From assembly GCA_011620135.1 (NCBI GenBank), contig WOZS01000058.1:31534-95533 (forward strand): DNA of 64,000 bases. The letters run 5' to 3'. This document shows, one piece after another, positions 62,500-64,000 of the stretch. Source of the stretch: Gammaproteobacteria bacterium. GTDB taxonomy: Bacteria; Pseudomonadota; Gammaproteobacteria; WOZS01. The translations under genes were made by a program, and so were the position numbers. The notes beneath the pieces were generated by a model that made no database searches, was not told where the DNA came from, and was given only the letters and a program-made list of their open reading frames with translations. Each line of letters starts with the position of its first letter. Position 1 is the first letter of the stretch.

Positions 62500-63507
62500 A
62501 TGAGCAACATGCTGGAAACACAAGGGTTGCAGGTCACTTTTCCGGTGCGACAGGGTTTGCTGAAAAAACCACTGGCCCTCAAGGCGGTCGATGGCGTGAC
62601 CCTGAGCCTGGGCCTTGGCGAAGCGCTGGGTGTGGTGGGGGAGTCAGGTTGCGGTAAGTCAACCTTGTTGCGCGCCATGCTGGGGCTCGTCCCCTTGCAC
62701 AGTGGCACGGTCCTTTTGGATGGCATACCCATTGAAGAGTGGCATGGGTCTGCCAAGAAGCTCTGCAAGAGCAGGCTGCAGGCCATCTTTCAGGATCCAG
62801 CCGCCAGTCTCGATCCTCGGCAGACCATCCAGCAATCCCTGCTGGAGCCCTTGGCTGTTCATGGCCAACGGGGCCACGCCGCCCATGAGCGGGTGACCTT
62901 GGTGCTGCAACAGGTGGGACTAAGGCCCGAGGCCCTGGAGCGATATCCCCATGAGTTTTCAGGTGGACAGTGTCAACGCATCGCCATTGCCAGGGCCCTG
63001 GTTCTCCAGCCGCGTTATCTGTTGTGCGATGAGGCCGTCTCTGCCTTGGATGTTTCGGTCAAGGCGCAGATCATCAACCTGCTGCTGCACCTGCACCGGG
63101 TCACGCATCTTTCCATGCTTTTTATCTCCCATGACCTGATGGTGGTACGCCACATCAGCTCAAGGATCATCGTGATGTATCTGGGCCGGGTGATGGAAGA
63201 GGGGAGAACGGAAGACATCTTTCAGCACCCGGCGCATCCTTATACCAAGGCGTTGCTGGATGCCATCCTACTGCCCGATCCCCGGCGGGAACGGGCCAGG
63301 AAACCCATGCTGCTGCCAGGCGAGCCCCCCTCTCCCATAGCACCGCCTGCAGGCTGCTCCTTTCATCCACGGTGTCCCTGGGGACACAAGGAGTTGCGCT
63401 GCCGTGAGGAAAGACCCTTGCTGCGTCCTGGACCGAGCCAAACCAACGTGGCTTGTCATTTTGCCGAACAGGTCATCTCGGGAAAGCCGCCAGTATACTC
63501 AGAGTGA
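62500..63507 (+). CDS. oppF: oligopeptide ABC transporter ATP-binding protein
   Basis: GESGCGKST Walker A, FSGGQCQR signature. Confidence 0.85.
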   Translation: MSNMLETQGLQVTFPVRQGLLKKPLALKAVDGVTLSLGLGEALGVVGESGCGKSTLLRAMLGLVPLHSGTVLLDGIPIEEWHGSAKKLCKSRLQAIFQDPAASLDPRQTIQQSLLEPLAVHGQRGHAAHERVTLVLQQVGLRPEALERYPHEFSGGQCQRIAIARALVLQPRYLLCDEAVSALDVSVKAQIINLLLHLHRVTHLSMLFISHDLMVVRHISSRIIVMYLGRVMEEGRTEDIFQHPAHPYTKALLDAILLPDPRRERARKPMLLPGEPPSPIAPPAGCSFHPRCPWGHKELRCREERPLLRPGPSQTNVACHFAEQVISGKPPVYSE

Positions 63508-63532
63508 CATCTGGTAAAGCTGACAAATCTGA

Positions 63533-63583
63533 CAAAAGGGTGAGCAGCGGCCAGGCCGATCCAGGCTGGCATGCTTGGCCGCT
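63533..63583. terminator. hairpin between the convergent oppF and the downstream minus-strand gene (terminator candidate)
   Basis: CAGCGGCCA ... TGGCCGCTG 9-bp stem (63544-63583). On the minus strand it is followed by CCCTTTTGT. Confidence 0.4.
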
Positions 63584-63624
63584 GCTGGTGGGCGAACAAG
63601 TCTTTCAGGTATAACAGCAGCCCA

Positions 63625-64000
63625 TCAATGGCCATGCAGGAGCAGCGGGCCAAAGCTCACCAGGATCATGGTGCTGCCCATCACCAGGATGGGCAGCAGG
63701 AAACGACCCTTGGGTGAGAACAAGGGGAGCTTCTCGGCATTGGCTTCGCGCACGGCGTTGTCGCCCACCACATGGCGCGTCAGCAGATGGTTGAGCATGA
63801 TGGGTGGCAACAGATAACCCAGCTCGAAGGCGGTAAGCACCACCAACCAGAAATGGACGGCGTTCAGGCCACTGGCCAAGGCCCAGGGCGCAAAGCTGGT
63901 ACTGACCAGGATGACGGCGCCGTATGGGTCGACCATCATGGCCACCAACACCAGAAGGGGCATGATGATGGCCATGGCTGCCCATGGCGAGGTGATGCCC
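63625..64000 (-). CDS. integral membrane protein, C-terminal part (gene continues beyond window end)
   Basis: Open minus-strand frame to the window edge, hydrophobic multi-TM sequence, stop at 63625. Family not assignable by eye. Confidence 0.45.
   Translation of the reverse strand, partial: GITSPWAAMAIIMPLLVLVAMMVDPYGAVILVSTSFAPWALASGLNAVHFWLVVLTAFELGYLLPPIMLNHLLTRHVVGDNAVREANAEKLPLFSPKGRFLLPILVMGSTMILVSFGPLLLHGH

Overview
This is a gene-dense, high-GC proteobacterial chromosomal segment; the gene order looks beta/gamma-proteobacterial (atpIBEFHAGDC-glmUS synteny, Pseudomonas-type thrB, fliC-flaG-fliDST). I found no CRISPR array, transposase, integrase or phage genes. From left to right the window holds: a 3'-truncated secreted-protein gene; tsaD-folB; thrB; guaB; a glgX-treZ-treY trehalose-from-glycogen operon; a thioredoxin-like [2Fe-2S] ferredoxin divergent from an ArnT/PMT-like GT39 glycosyltransferase; a long minus-strand block ppnN<-dksA-like<-glmS<-glmU<-atpCDGAHFEBI; nrdDG (class III anaerobic RNR, no ATP-cone); a GST, a Tat-signal purple-acid-phosphatase-like metallophosphoesterase and an FAD/NAD(P)-binding protein; convergent tRNA-Pro(UGG) and tRNA-Ala(CGC); a small ORF translationally coupled to an amidase-signature enzyme; a UDP-glucuronate 4-epimerase plus nucleotide-sugar dehydrogenase pair; acylphosphatase; cytochrome c'; an ACAD-like protein followed by a uORF-MoxR(CoxD-like)-VWA(CoxE-like) module; a late flagellar cluster (flgM, flgN, PilZ brake flgZ/ycgR, fliC, flaG, fliD, fliS, fliT-like); a STAS-cheA-cheW-parA-like unit; rpmH-rnpA-yidC-mnmE-mnmG; and an oppABCDF peptide ABC transporter. 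The most interesting candidates are an orphan MoxR/VWA chaperone-like pair with a coupled leader uORF and a non-canonical ACAD-like neighbour, an AtzG/GatC-like small partner ORF for the amidase, a promoter-to-terminator small-RNA candidate in the AT-rich fdx/GT39 intergenic region, tandem GGA (CsrA-type) motifs in the fliC leader, and several palindromic operators (nrdD, guaB/glgX, GT39). All calls rest on reading the translations and sequence by eye; no database search was run.
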